Source: Myxococcota bacterium (GTDB lineage: Bacteria; Myxococcota_A; Polyangia; Polyangiales; Houyiibacteriaceae). Taken from it: DNA of 64,000 bases. Made by a program: the position numbers and the translations under genes. The stretch is taken from the NCBI GenBank assembly GCA_039030515.1, contig JBCCEA010000015.1, positions 29,825-93,824 of the forward strand, in the 5' to 3' direction. Every line of letters begins with the position of its first letter. Position 1 is the first letter of the stretch. Of the stretch, positions 1 through 9,631 are shown piece after piece. Under the pieces are notes generated by a model that was not told the origin of the DNA, made no database searches, and worked only from the letters and a program-made list of their open reading frames with translations.

Positions 1-1422
1 ACGGATGATTCGAGGCCGTAGTAGCCTGCCTCCATTCGCAAGCACGCTCATCGCGGTCGCCAGCTGGAGCGTGGTGACACTCATCCCTTGACCGAAAGGA
101 ATCGTGGCCGCGTCCATCGCATACCAGCCGGAGTGATGACGGAGAATGCCTCCAGTCTCTCCGGGAACCGGTAAACCTGTCACCTCACCAAAACCGAAGC
201 GCCGGAGCGCGCGATAGAGCCCTGCCCTACCCAAGCTCGCCCCTATCTTTGCTGTACCGATATTGCTCGAGAACGCAAGAATTTCGGCTGGGGTGAGCTC
301 GTCGTAGCGGTGGGAATCATGAATCGTGTACTCATCGACCTCCATCGCGCCATGTTCACAATCGATAAGCTGATCCGCTCGAACCGTCCGCTGGGCGAAC
401 GCTGCAGCGATCGTGAACGGCTTCACAGTCGACCCAGGCTCGTATCGATCGGTGACCGCTCGATTACGCCGGTGCTCCGCGGGCGCCCTTCCTGGCTGAT
501 TCGGATTGAAGGTGGGGTAGTTGGCGACTGCAAGCAGCTCACCCGTCTGCGGATCCATCACGACTACGCTGCCGGCTCTTGCCTCGAAGGTGCGAACCGC
601 CAAGGAAATCTCTCGCTCTGCCACCCGCTGAATCGTTCGGTCGATCGTGAGGACAAGGTCGTCGCCCTGAGCCGCCCGATCGTCAAGAAGCTGCTCCGAA
701 AACACGATGTTTCCCCGTCGATCACGAATCGCCGGAACCGCATGCACCGACCCGCGAAGATGCTGCTCAAACGAAAGCTCGATACCTTCGATTCCTTTGC
801 CGTCCACGTTCGCGAATCCGAGCATGTGTGCTGCAAGTTCTCGGTTTGGATAGTACCTCCTCGCTTCGCCCTGAATCGCAACGCCCGGGATTTCAAGCGC
901 GCGGACTCGGGCGGACTGGGCAGGGGTAACGTGACGAGCGATCCACACGAAGTAGCGGTCTGACGCCAGTCGACGCCCAATGCGCTCCGTGTCGATAGAG
1001 GGGAGCACTTCAGACAAGGCCAGAGCTGCCTGCTGCGGATCGCCGCCCTTACTTCGAAGCATGCGCGGATTTGCCCAAACGCTATCCACTTCGACACTTA
1101 CAGCCAGAGCCGATCCATTGCGATCGAAGATCGTGCCTCGCTTCGGTGCGAGTTGAATGCTCCGTAAGTACTGAGCTTCCGCCATTCGCTGCAGCCCGGG
1201 GGAATGAAGAACCTGCAGTTCGAAAGCACGATAGGAAACGGCAGCAGCCATCACGAGCAGCAAAAAGCCGAGACTGCCGACCCTCACCCGCAGCCATTTC
1301 TCCCTCGGGACTCGCCGCGTTTCCTCAGTGGAGGGCTTTACGGTCGCTCGAGTCTGCACGCCGGTTCCCTTGGCGCCCGTCGAGGAACCGCGATGGGACG
1401 GCGGTGGAACTCCGGCTTTCAA
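1..1422 (-). CDS. ftsI: Penicillin-binding protein FtsI/PBP3 (3' end runs off the window)
   Basis: Not in the ORF track; manual translation gives an N-terminal TM segment, RGTIFDRNG, RYYP, YEPGSTVK (SxxK), SSNIG (SxN) and FGQG. TTG start overlaps the ftsL stop; dcw gene order. Confidence 0.93.
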   Translation of the reverse strand, partial: MKAGVPPPSHRGSSTGAKGTGVQTRATVKPSTEETRRVPREKWLRVRVGSLGFLLLVMAAAVSYRAFELQVLHSPGLQRMAEAQYLRSIQLAPKRGTIFDRNGSALAVSVEVDSVWANPRMLRSKGGDPQQAALALSEVLPSIDTERIGRRLASDRYFVWIARHVTPAQSARVRALEIPGVAIQGEARRYYPNRELAAHMLGFANVDGKGIEGIELSFEQHLRGSVHAVPAIRDRRGNIVFSEQLLDDRAAQGDDLVLTIDRTIQRVAEREISLAVRTFEARAGSVVVMDPQTGELLAVANYPTFNPNQPGRAPAEHRRNRAVTDRYEPGSTVKPFTIAAAFAQRTVRADQLIDCEHGAMEVDEYTIHDSHRYDELTPAEILAFSSNIGTAKIGASLGRAGLYRALRRFGFGEVTGLPVPGETGGILRHHSGWYAMDAATIPFGQGMSVTTLQLATAMSVLANGGRLLRPRIIR

Positions 1423-1724
1423 CGAACGCTCCCGGCGGTTCGGCGCTGCCTCTTGGGGTCCATCGGGACCACGCGCGCCGCGGTCGGAACATCCATTCCG
1501 AGTCCGTACCGGGCGATGTACTCGATCCTATCCGTTTGCCTCAGGGTGGCGGCTTCGATGGCAAGCAGGCGCTGCTGTTCGATGAGCCTCCGCTGCTCGC
1601 GTCTGGCTTCTCCGACTTCGTAGCCAAGGCGGACGGTTTCAAATCGCAGTGCAAGATGCACCACAAACGCAGAACCAGTCGAGAGCACCGCAACCGCCCA
1701 CAACAGCAGGAAGCGAGCCTTCAT
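1419..1724 (-). CDS. ftsL: Cell division protein FtsL
   Basis: 101 aa with TM segment, coiled coil and RIEYIARYGLGM; lies between rsmH and ftsI. Confidence 0.85.
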   Translation of the reverse strand: MKARFLLLWAVAVLSTGSAFVVHLALRFETVRLGYEVGEARREQRRLIEQQRLLAIEAATLRQTDRIEYIARYGLGMDVPTAARVVPMDPKRQRRTAGSVR

Positions 1725-2731
1725 CGAGACGTTCCCGGTATGAGGTCAGGAGCACGCAGTGCGGCACGCAATTTTGCGCTCCGAGCACGCCGATTGCGCA
1801 CACATTCTTCTTCGGAGGGGGTGACTGGCTTCTTTGTAAGCGGCTTCAAACGGCCATCTTGACGAAACCCCCACTTGACGATGCGGTCTTCCAGCGAGTG
1901 AAAGCTGATAACGCAGAGCACCCCTGCTTGTCGAAGTAGGGCAGGTGCGCTCGCGAGCAGCATTTCAAGCTCTTCAAGCTCTTGATTGACCGCGATTCGC
2001 AATGCCTGAAACGTGCGCGTAGCCGAGTCGATACGGCCACGTCTCGTCCCGATGGCACGCCGCACGATATCGCTGAGGTGACCTGTCGTCTCGATTGGAG
2101 CGTCCTGTAGAGCGGACTTGATCGCCCGGGCAACGCGACGCGACTTTCGCTCTTCTCCAAACCTGTAGAGAACGTCTGCAAGCTCAGACTCTTCAAGTCG
2201 CACGATAAGCTCAGCTGCCGTCTCCCCCTGCGTCGGATCCATGCGCATATCGAGCGGTCCGTTCGCCGAGAAGCTAAAACCCCGAGCGCTAGAGTCGATC
2301 TGGGGTGAGCTCACTCCGACGTCCGCCAGAATTCCGCACACGGGACCCAGCTTGCGTTCCCGCAGCACCTCGGCGAGATCGCTGAAACGCGCATGCGCCG
2401 CTTCGAATCGGTCGCCGAACTCCGCGAGCCGCACGCGGGCGGCCTCAAGAGCATTTCGATCTCGGTCCAGGCCGAGCACTCTACCTGCCGGGCTACTCGC
2501 CCTCAGAATGGCCTCGGTATGTCCACCACCGCCAAGGGTCGCGTCTACAAAGAAGTCGCCTTGTGCTGGGTTCAGAGCATGCACGACCTCGGCCACCATC
2601 ACCGTTTGATGCAGAAAACGCGGCTCGGCAGATTCAGGCGGCTCGGCGGGATCGGGTTCTGATCGTGCGCTGGGTCCGCAGTCCGCAGAACCCTCTTGAT
2701 CGTCACTATCCGGATAAGAAGCGGCGCTCAT
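1721..2731 (-). CDS. rsmH: 16S rRNA m4C1402 methyltransferase RsmH (MraW)
   Basis: HQTVM, DATLGGGGH, GVSSPQID, RGFSF, PLDMRM, ISFHSLEDRIVK, RARSAKLR. Start placed at ATG 2731 overlapping the mraZ stop; the 504 aa ORF over-extends upstream. Confidence 0.95.
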   Translation of the reverse strand: MSAASYPDSDDQEGSADCGPSARSEPDPAEPPESAEPRFLHQTVMVAEVVHALNPAQGDFFVDATLGGGGHTEAILRASSPAGRVLGLDRDRNALEAARVRLAEFGDRFEAAHARFSDLAEVLRERKLGPVCGILADVGVSSPQIDSSARGFSFSANGPLDMRMDPTQGETAAELIVRLEESELADVLYRFGEERKSRRVARAIKSALQDAPIETTGHLSDIVRRAIGTRRGRIDSATRTFQALRIAVNQELEELEMLLASAPALLRQAGVLCVISFHSLEDRIVKWGFRQDGRLKPLTKKPVTPSEEECVRNRRARSAKLRAALRAPDLIPGTSR

Positions 2732-3180
2732 AGCCCGAGCTCGGAAAGGCGAGATGCCAACTCCATGCGCTTTTCGTGATCGCAGAGAACCTTCTGCTGC
2801 ATGGAGTCGAACCGCGTCTTGCACCAGAGTTCGACGTAGCCCCCCATGCCGGCCCAAAGCGCTTTGCGTTCGAGTCCCGCATGCGCCCTCAGCGTCTGTG
2901 GAATCAAGAGCCGACCCAGCTTGTCGATCTCGCACTCGACCGCTCCCGAGACATAGATCCGGCGCAACATAGAAACGCTCGGATCGAATTGCGGCAGGGA
3001 GCTCAACCGCTCTTCGAACGCCGTCCACTCGGCCATGGGGTAAGCCACAAGACACGCTTCCAGGCCGGTCGTAAGCACGAGTCGGCCATCCTCCAACGCC
3101 GAGAGCTCGTCCCGAAATCTGGAAGGGAGTGAAGTTCGCCCCTTTGCGTCGATGGCGTGTTCGTACCGTCCTCGAAACAC
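2728..3180 (-). CDS. mraZ: Division/cell wall cluster transcriptional repressor MraZ
   Basis: MFRGRYEHAIDAKGR and second repeat EIDKLGRLLIP; first gene of the dcw cluster. Confidence 0.96.
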   Translation of the reverse strand: MFRGRYEHAIDAKGRTSLPSRFRDELSALEDGRLVLTTGLEACLVAYPMAEWTAFEERLSSLPQFDPSVSMLRRIYVSGAVECEIDKLGRLLIPQTLRAHAGLERKALWAGMGGYVELWCKTRFDSMQQKVLCDHEKRMELASRLSELGL

Positions 3181-3200
3181 GTATCCCTAGCCGTTTCGAT

Positions 3201-3245
3201 CCACTGACCAGCACTGTTCTGACACTTATTACCACGAATTACCAC
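3201..3245 (-). promoter_or_regulatory. Putative MraZ-binding repeats (dcw box)
   Basis: Minus strand reads GTGG-taattc-GTGG-taataa-GTGT-cagaaca-GTGC-tggtca-GTGG: five GTGG-like boxes at about 10 bp period, 20-65 bp upstream of mraZ, matching the known MraZ operator architecture. Confidence 0.7.
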
Positions 3246-3334
3246 TGCAGAGTCGGAAGGTACGTCGCGGTGCAGCACGATGTCAACTTATCAATTTCGG
3301 TACATGAGGCTGAAATTACTGATGCTTTGCGACG

Positions 3335-3796
3335 ATGAAGCCGAAGCGAGTCACTTCTAGAAAAGCACCAAGGGTTGCGCCCCCGAGTCGCCAATTGGAT
3401 GCTCCACGTGATTCGCGAAGACCGCGGAGGAACACGGTGCACCAAACGGAGACGGGCGAAGACGTCCTCGATGAAGCGTGGAGTCGGCTTGAGCAGCAGT
3501 GGAACGACGAGAAGGCGCACGAATCCTTTCTCGGTCTGTGCGTCAGCCTCGATAGGCTTGCGGAAGCGGGAAAACGCTATCGTCAGGTGCGAGATACCCA
3601 AACAGATCGACGCGCCGAGGCAGAAAAACGAATGCAGCGGCTCATCGCGATCACGATGGCGCAAATGCAGGCAAGCAAAACACCGAGCGAGAGGGCAGAG
3701 CCATCACGAAGGCGTCTGCGCGTCGTGGCCTTTGTCTTCGCGTTTGTATTGGTCGGACTCTCTCTGCTGGCACTGACCCAAATGGCGTCTCACTGA
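3335..3796 (+). CDS. Hypothetical helical protein with C-terminal transmembrane anchor
   Basis: 153 aa ORF with helical core and hydrophobic C-terminus VVAFVFAFVLVGLSLLAL; true start may be downstream. Confidence 0.6.
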   Translation: MKPKRVTSRKAPRVAPPSRQLDAPRDSRRPRRNTVHQTETGEDVLDEAWSRLEQQWNDEKAHESFLGLCVSLDRLAEAGKRYRQVRDTQTDRRAEAEKRMQRLIAITMAQMQASKTPSERAEPSRRRLRVVAFVFAFVLVGLSLLALTQMASH

Positions 3797-3921
3797 ACCG
3801 GAACCACAAATGAACCAGAGTCGCGATGATTCCCCGCGCAACGGGAAATCCGCTGATGGACACGCTGCTCTCACAGCCGTAGCATAATATTATCTAGCCG
3901 AACGATGCTCGTGATACGCTC

Positions 3922-4608
3922 TTGCTCATGCAGCTCGACTTCAAGGCGCGGGAGCTGACGGTAAAACTGGTCTACTACGGACCGGCACTCAGTGGCAAAA
4001 CGACCAATCTGCAGGCAATCCATCGACTGGTATCCGCTGAGGCCACCGGGCGACTGATGACCCTTGAAACTCAGGACGATCGAACACTCTTCTTCGACCT
4101 GCTTCCGCTAACCTTCAAAAGTAAAGACTCCGGTCCGCAGGTACGCATCAAGCTGTTCACCGTACCAGGTCAGGTGATGCACAACGCGACCCGTCGACTT
4201 GTGCTTCAAGGAGCGGACGGCATCGCTTTTGTCGCTGACTCCCAAAAGAGCGAGACCCGCGCGAACCAAGTGGCGTTCCGCAATATGCTCGACAATTTAA
4301 AGGAGCAGGGACTCGATCCCAACCAGCTTCCCAAGGTCGTACAGTTCAACAAGCGAGATCTGCCTGAAATAAGGCCCGACGAAGAAATCGATCGTTTGGC
4401 GGCCAAAGGGGAGGAACCCGTATTCAAAGCGATCGCGCTCCGAGGAATCGGAGTGCGGGAAACCTTCCTCGGCTTGTTCGAGCGCGTTTGGTGGAAGCTC
4501 GAGGAGGCCCATGCGCTGAAGGAGAAGTTCGGACTGGATCCGAACCAGTTTCTGCAAGAAGTCGCCTCGCGTCTGGCTCCCCCCGAGCAAACCGGAGTCG
4601 TTCCGTGA
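3922..4608 (+). CDS. MglA/SofG-family small Ras-like GTPase
   Basis: KLVYYGPALSGKTTN (G1), DRTLFFD, TVPGQ (MglA-type G3), NKRD (G4); ATG 3928 is the likely start. Confidence 0.9.
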   Translation: MLMQLDFKARELTVKLVYYGPALSGKTTNLQAIHRLVSAEATGRLMTLETQDDRTLFFDLLPLTFKSKDSGPQVRIKLFTVPGQVMHNATRRLVLQGADGIAFVADSQKSETRANQVAFRNMLDNLKEQGLDPNQLPKVVQFNKRDLPEIRPDEEIDRLAAKGEEPVFKAIALRGIGVRETFLGLFERVWWKLEEAHALKEKFGLDPNQFLQEVASRLAPPEQTGVVP

Positions 4609-6002
4609 GCGCCTCTGCCGTCATCGACCTGAAACTTGGAGATCTTCGTCGACTCGAAGAGGTCGCCGATCGGGAAGCTCTTTCGCAGCTCTGCAGATCC
4701 TTCTTTGAACTCTTCGGACTCTCGATTCGGGTGTTCTCCGAGGGCGGAGCCTTGCTCGCGGACGTCCATGAGGAGCGTTCGATATGCCGATACGTCAATA
4801 CCCTGCCTGGCGGTCGTAGAAGCTGCGCCGCCACGGTTGGAGAAGTGAAGGGCCTGAGACCAAACGCTACGGCAGTTCATCCCTGCTTTACGGGCGCGGT
4901 GTATCGCGTCACCCCCATCGAGTACCAGGGGCGGCAGGTTGGTCGCGTGGTGATCGGACCGTACCTACCGATAGAGACCGGGCAGGTACCCAAGTCCTTA
5001 CTGGTGGTGGATCCCGAGGTCCAAAGCGAAGAGGCCCGCCGCCATCTTGAAGAAATGCCGCGAGTTCGCGCGGAGACGGCGATCCGTATCGGTGAGCACC
5101 TGAGGGGTATCGTCGACCTACTGCTCTTCGCGAGTCATCGGGCGCACCTCACAAGCGAAATGCACATCGCAAGCGTTCGAGAATCGTATCGAGAGCTCAC
5201 TGAAAAAACCGAGCGTCTCCAGCAAGCCTTCGATCAGCTCAAAGAACTCGACCGGCTGAAGTCCAACTTCCTCGCTACGGTGAGCCACGAGCTACGCACC
5301 CCACTCACCTCGATTATCGGTTATTCAGAGATGCTCGCCAGTGGAATGGCGGGTGAGCTCAACCAGGAGCAGCTCGAGTTTGCGGAGACGATCCATACGA
5401 AGGGAGATCATCTCCTCGAGCTGATCAGCAGTCTGCTCGACCTGAGCAAGCTCGAGCAGGGGTCGCTCAAGTTGGCGCGTCGAGAGGTCACCCCGTCCGA
5501 TATTCTGCACGACGTGGCGACTACGCTGATACCTCGAGCCTCAAAGAAAAACATCAGGGTCCAGGTGGAGAGCGCGGAACATGTAGGAACGGTCAGTGGG
5601 GATCCCGTTCGTATTCGACAGATCCTGTCCAACTTGGGCGACAACGCGCTGAAGTTCACGCCAGAGGGGGGCACCGTATTTCTCTCTGCCGGCACGACGG
5701 AGCTCGACGACCACGAAGACGGAGGAAGTGGACACGTTCTTTTTGGTGCCAGCCGACCAGCAGTAGAATTTGTGGTCCGGGATACCGGGATGGGGATCCC
5801 CAAGGGGGAGTTACCCCGAATCTTCAACGCCTTTTATCAAGTAGATGGGAGCTCAACTCGTGAACACGGAGGCGTTGGACTCGGTCTGTCTATCGTTCAA
5901 CGACTGACCGAAGCTCATGAGGGGACCATTGCGGTCGAAAGCGAGGTCGGCGCGGGAACCACCTTTCGAGTAGTGCTCCCCGAACAGCCGACGGAGGGCT
6001 AA
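4605..6002 (+). CDS. PocR-sensor-domain histidine kinase (cytoplasmic)
   Basis: N-terminal PocR-like pattern (SICRY..RSC..HPCFTG..TPIEYQGRQVGRVVIGPY); H-box SHELRTPL, N-box NALKFT, DTGMGI, GGVGLGL; no TM segment. GTG start overlaps the GTPase stop (GTGA). Confidence 0.85.
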   Translation: MSASAVIDLKLGDLRRLEEVADREALSQLCRSFFELFGLSIRVFSEGGALLADVHEERSICRYVNTLPGGRRSCAATVGEVKGLRPNATAVHPCFTGAVYRVTPIEYQGRQVGRVVIGPYLPIETGQVPKSLLVVDPEVQSEEARRHLEEMPRVRAETAIRIGEHLRGIVDLLLFASHRAHLTSEMHIASVRESYRELTEKTERLQQAFDQLKELDRLKSNFLATVSHELRTPLTSIIGYSEMLASGMAGELNQEQLEFAETIHTKGDHLLELISSLLDLSKLEQGSLKLARREVTPSDILHDVATTLIPRASKKNIRVQVESAEHVGTVSGDPVRIRQILSNLGDNALKFTPEGGTVFLSAGTTELDDHEDGGSGHVLFGASRPAVEFVVRDTGMGIPKGELPRIFNAFYQVDGSSTREHGGVGLGLSIVQRLTEAHEGTIAVESEVGAGTTFRVVLPEQPTEG

Positions 6003-6070
6003 AGTGCAGCTCGGTCTGAGCAGGTCTCGATCGGCTTGACCACTGAAACGCATCACTCCAGTTCTCTGGA

Positions 6071-7054
6071 ATGTCTAACTTTTCTCACAAGACTCCGCAG
6101 ACTGGCGAGTTTGAACGAATCTCAAAGATTCGAGAGAAAACAGATCGAGACTCTGCGTTTGTGCGACTCGGAAATGGCGACGACAGCGCCGTGCTACAGC
6201 AGCTCTCCTTTCCGGTAGTGAGTGTCGATACCCAAGTGGAAGAGGTTCACTTTCGTTCACGCTGGCTCACCGACGCCATGCTTGGAAGACGAGCAGTAGT
6301 CGCTGCCGCAAGCGATCTTTTTGCGATGGGTGCAGCCCCTCGAGCACTGCTCGTCTCATTGATCCTACCGGAACAAATTGACGACGATCGCCTTGTGCAA
6401 CTGGCGGAGGGGCTTGCGAAAGGGGCAGACGACGTCGGAGCGTCGATCGTTGGCGGGAATTTATCATGCGGCAAGCAATTTTCGATCACCACGACGGTCA
6501 TGGGAGATTTGCTCGACCCCAAAAAGATCGGCGGTCGTCACGGAGCGGCACCGAACGACGGAGTCTACATCACCTTCGTTCCAGGTGAGGCGGCGCTCGG
6601 ACTGGCCTTCTTGCTTGCGGAAACCGAGCCTACGTGCGTTTCGCTAGCGCAGCCCTTCATGGACCGCTGGCGGACCCCACCCGTGCAGCGTGAGGAGAGC
6701 GCGGCGGTCCTCCCCTTTGCCGGGGCGATGATCGATGTGTCTGACGGTTTGGTCCAAGACTTGAACCACATTCTCAAGGCAAGCGAGGTTACTGCAGAGC
6801 TCGAGGTCGCAAAGTTCCCGACATCAAACGACTTCAAAGCCGCGTGTGCCTCCCTCGGAAGCAACCCCTTGGAACTGATGCTTCACGGAGGTGAGACCTA
6901 CGGGCTGCTCTTCACGTCAACGCAGAGTCCTCCGATAGGAACCCGAATCGGAACCATCACCCAAGGGGTCCCAAGCACCCTCATACTGCCGTCAGGACAC
7001 CGTCATCCACTCCCAACCGAGGCGGGACACGATCACTTCAAGCAGCGTGATTAG
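6071..7054 (+). CDS. thiL: Thiamine-monophosphate kinase
   Basis: GEFERI, GDDSAV, SDLFAMGA, IVGGN, MIDVSDGL. Confidence 0.9.
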   Translation: MSNFSHKTPQTGEFERISKIREKTDRDSAFVRLGNGDDSAVLQQLSFPVVSVDTQVEEVHFRSRWLTDAMLGRRAVVAAASDLFAMGAAPRALLVSLILPEQIDDDRLVQLAEGLAKGADDVGASIVGGNLSCGKQFSITTTVMGDLLDPKKIGGRHGAAPNDGVYITFVPGEAALGLAFLLAETEPTCVSLAQPFMDRWRTPPVQREESAAVLPFAGAMIDVSDGLVQDLNHILKASEVTAELEVAKFPTSNDFKAACASLGSNPLELMLHGGETYGLLFTSTQSPPIGTRIGTITQGVPSTLILPSGHRHPLPTEAGHDHFKQRD

Positions 7055-7063
7055 CTTTTGATA

Positions 7064-7110
7064 CGCCTTAAGGAGCCCAGCGATGCGCTAAGCGTCGCTT
7101 CGTTAGGGCG
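7064..7110. other. Imperfect intergenic stem-loop after thiL
   Basis: CGCCTTAAGGAG..AGCGATGC-GCTAA-GCGTCGCT..TCGTTAGGGCG can pair with G-U wobbles; no U-tract. Confidence 0.35.
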
Positions 7111-7160
7111 AGGGCCGCACGCCGGGGCGCAAGACGCGAGGGGACCGAATAGCCATCGCT

Positions 7161-8867
7161 TTGTGGGATGCAGGACTAGCCCGATCTCCGACAAACCCGT
7201 ACCATAAGGGCGAAGTGGCCACTGCTGGCGACGTTATCGATGGCAAGTACCATCTCACGCGACTTATCGCTGAGGGTGGCATGGGCTTGGTGTTCTCCGC
7301 GAGTCATCTCGTTACAAAGGAAGACCTTTGCCTGAAACTGCTGAACCATTCGAGCTCGCTTTCGGACGCGAGCGCAACTCGCTTTCGACTGGAGGCAAGC
7401 GTATCCGCGACGTTGCGCCATGAGGGGATCATCAAGGTCTTCGACGCAGGGTACGATCGGGCGAACAAAATCCTCTATCTGGCGATGGAGCTTCTCGATG
7501 GGGAGAGCTTGGAAGCGCGTCTTGCACGACCTGAAACCACCCGAGCAGAAGCCGTTGAGTTGGTGCGCCAATCCCTCGATCCGGTGGCGAGCGCGCACCA
7601 AAGCGGAGTGGTGCACCGCGACATTAAGCCTGCAAACCTCTTCGTTCAGCGCCTACCCGATGGAAGTGAGCGCATGAAGGTGCTCGACTTCGGAATCGCA
7701 CGCCAAATCGAGGGACCTTCGGCAACCTCAACTGGAGTGGGCTTCGGCACGGCCTACTACATGAGTCCGGAGCAGGCCAAGGACGCCAAAAGCGCCGGAC
7801 CCACGAGCGACATATGGTCTTTTGGCGTGATCCTTTACGAGGTGCTCACGGGAGGATTGCCTTTCGAAGGTCCGAGCGCGACGGGGGTGATCATCGCGGT
7901 CGCAACCGAGCACCACATTCCCATCCGTAGCCGCCTACCCTCGATACCAGACTCGCTGGCTGGCGTGGTGGAGCAGTGTCTGGACAAGAGCCCAAGTCAG
8001 CGCCCCGAAAACGCTGGTGTGCTCTACAGGCAGCTCACGTCAGTCTTGAATGAGACGTCGGTCAAGGATTTCTTTACTGAGATGTCCTGTATGCCTGTAG
8101 TGAAAAGACAGGCAAACCGCATCGGCTACAGGGAAACAGAAGACGATCTGTCGATGCGAACTTGGGTCGACCCAAACCCCAGAAGAAATATTCCTCTTCA
8201 GAGAATAAAGTTAAGATTCAGTGCCCTAGCCCTCATCGCTCTATGCGCCGTCGCCGTAGGACTGTACTTTGGACTCGCAGGGAGAGACAGCGTCACCACG
8301 TCTACCCCGATTCGCGGCTTCACGCCGGAACCCAGATCCGAACAAACCGCCGCTGAGGAAGAACTCGAACCGGAGCGCCTGATCTCTTCCGCCGGCAAGC
8401 AGGCTAGTGAAGAAAAGAACCGCTCGTCGGTCCCGAAGAAGGCGACCTCAGGTCAAAGACCCGAATCCGCTGAGGTGACGCCACACAAAACCTCGGGCAG
8501 ATCGACCTTGGAGCGACGACGTTCGGAACGATACACGCCCGTTAAGACCACAACACCTTCGAGCGCAGTCCGCAGCAGAAGACGTGCTGAGCGATCCCCT
8601 TCCACCTCTCAAAACGCACGATCGCTTCACGCGGGGGCTGGAAGTGGAGAACCGCCAGACGCCGATCGAGTGCCCGCGCGTAGGCAGACTGATGAAGAGG
8701 CCCAAAGAGGAACGGACAACGCCGCAGAGCAGCGCGAGACTCGGAGATCGCCTGCTACGAGCAGCAGCGTTCGATCGACCACCAATGCGCGGCCCGCTCC
8801 AGCCGCCAACCCCGGGGTGTTGCTGGGCCTCGATCAGTTCGACAACCAACTAGAGCAACGTCGCTAA
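7161..8867 (+). CDS. Membrane-anchored Hanks-type Ser/Thr protein kinase
   Basis: EGGMGLV, HRDIKPAN, DFG, YMSPE, DIWSFGV; central TM segment; low-complexity C-terminal tail. Start uncertain. Confidence 0.93.
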   Translation: MWDAGLARSPTNPYHKGEVATAGDVIDGKYHLTRLIAEGGMGLVFSASHLVTKEDLCLKLLNHSSSLSDASATRFRLEASVSATLRHEGIIKVFDAGYDRANKILYLAMELLDGESLEARLARPETTRAEAVELVRQSLDPVASAHQSGVVHRDIKPANLFVQRLPDGSERMKVLDFGIARQIEGPSATSTGVGFGTAYYMSPEQAKDAKSAGPTSDIWSFGVILYEVLTGGLPFEGPSATGVIIAVATEHHIPIRSRLPSIPDSLAGVVEQCLDKSPSQRPENAGVLYRQLTSVLNETSVKDFFTEMSCMPVVKRQANRIGYRETEDDLSMRTWVDPNPRRNIPLQRIKLRFSALALIALCAVAVGLYFGLAGRDSVTTSTPIRGFTPEPRSEQTAAEEELEPERLISSAGKQASEEKNRSSVPKKATSGQRPESAEVTPHKTSGRSTLERRRSERYTPVKTTTPSSAVRSRRRAERSPSTSQNARSLHAGAGSGEPPDADRVPARRQTDEEAQRGTDNAAEQRETRRSPATSSSVRSTTNARPAPAANPGVLLGLDQFDNQLEQRR

Positions 8868-8899
8868 CCACGAAGGATCTTACTGTAGACTGCTACTGT

Positions 8900-9631
8900 A
8901 TGAGGGCCTTGGTACTTCGACTGCTCATGACCGTCCTACTCGCCACCCCGACGATCGCGTTGGCGCAGTATCGACTCGCGGGACCACCCGATCCTCCATC
9001 TGAGGCGAATCTAGGGGATGCGCGTGCAGCGTTTGTGGAGGGCACCGAGTTGACCCAGGCAGGACGATGGGCGGATGCGCTGGCAAAGTTCGAGCAGGCC
9101 TACGCGCTCTCGGCGATTCCCGCCGCACTGTTCAACGCTGCAAGCGCGCTACGAGCCCTGGGAAGACATCGGGATGCACGGGATGCCTTCACTCAACTTC
9201 TGGAGGATCCGCTACTCGACCCGGAGACCAGGAGAGAGGCTGAACTTCGACGCAACGAAGAAGCAGCTCGAGTGGCGACGGTGGCACTTCAGATGCAGCT
9301 TGAAGAATCGGAATTTTCTTTGTTCTTTGACGGCGTGCGCCAACTTCCTCCGGCAAACGGTGCTTTGATTCTGGAGGCAGATCCCGGAAGACACGCTATC
9401 TTGATCGAAGCTCGAGGCTATCGAAATTGGATTTGGGAGCATTGGCTGGGGGATGGTCAACGGGTGGAGCTCGATGTCGAGATGGAGCCTATCCCCAAAA
9501 AAAAATGGGTGCGTTCGCCCTTGCTCTGGAGCGGCGTTGCGGCGGCTGTCGTAGGCGGAATTGTCACCGCGGTATTGCTGTCTCGCGATGACGACGCTCA
9601 GTATCTCGGCACCAAGGTAACGCTACCTTGA
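8900..9631 (+). CDS. Secreted TPR + PEGA-like protein with C-terminal TM segment
   Basis: Signal peptide ending ALA|Q, TPR helices (WADALAKFEQAY..ALFNAA), PEGA-like DPGRHAILIEARGY, C-terminal hydrophobic helix. Confidence 0.75.
   Translation: MRALVLRLLMTVLLATPTIALAQYRLAGPPDPPSEANLGDARAAFVEGTELTQAGRWADALAKFEQAYALSAIPAALFNAASALRALGRHRDARDAFTQLLEDPLLDPETRREAELRRNEEAARVATVALQMQLEESEFSLFFDGVRQLPPANGALILEADPGRHAILIEARGYRNWIWEHWLGDGQRVELDVEMEPIPKKKWVRSPLLWSGVAAAVVGGIVTAVLLSRDDDAQYLGTKVTLP

Noticed and set aside
310..1862. Plus-strand ORFs over ftsI, ftsL and rsmH
   Set aside because: Antisense shadows typical of GC-rich DNA; the minus strand carries the recognisable genes.
2732..3235. Long N-terminal extension of RsmH (504 aa ORF)
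   Set aside because: Overlaps mraZ in another frame; ATG 2731 gives the normal coupled start.
9497..9505. A9 homopolymer as a phase-variation site (also T9 at 47919-47927)
   Set aside because: Both are in frame (KKK) in intact genes, with no sign of frameshift.
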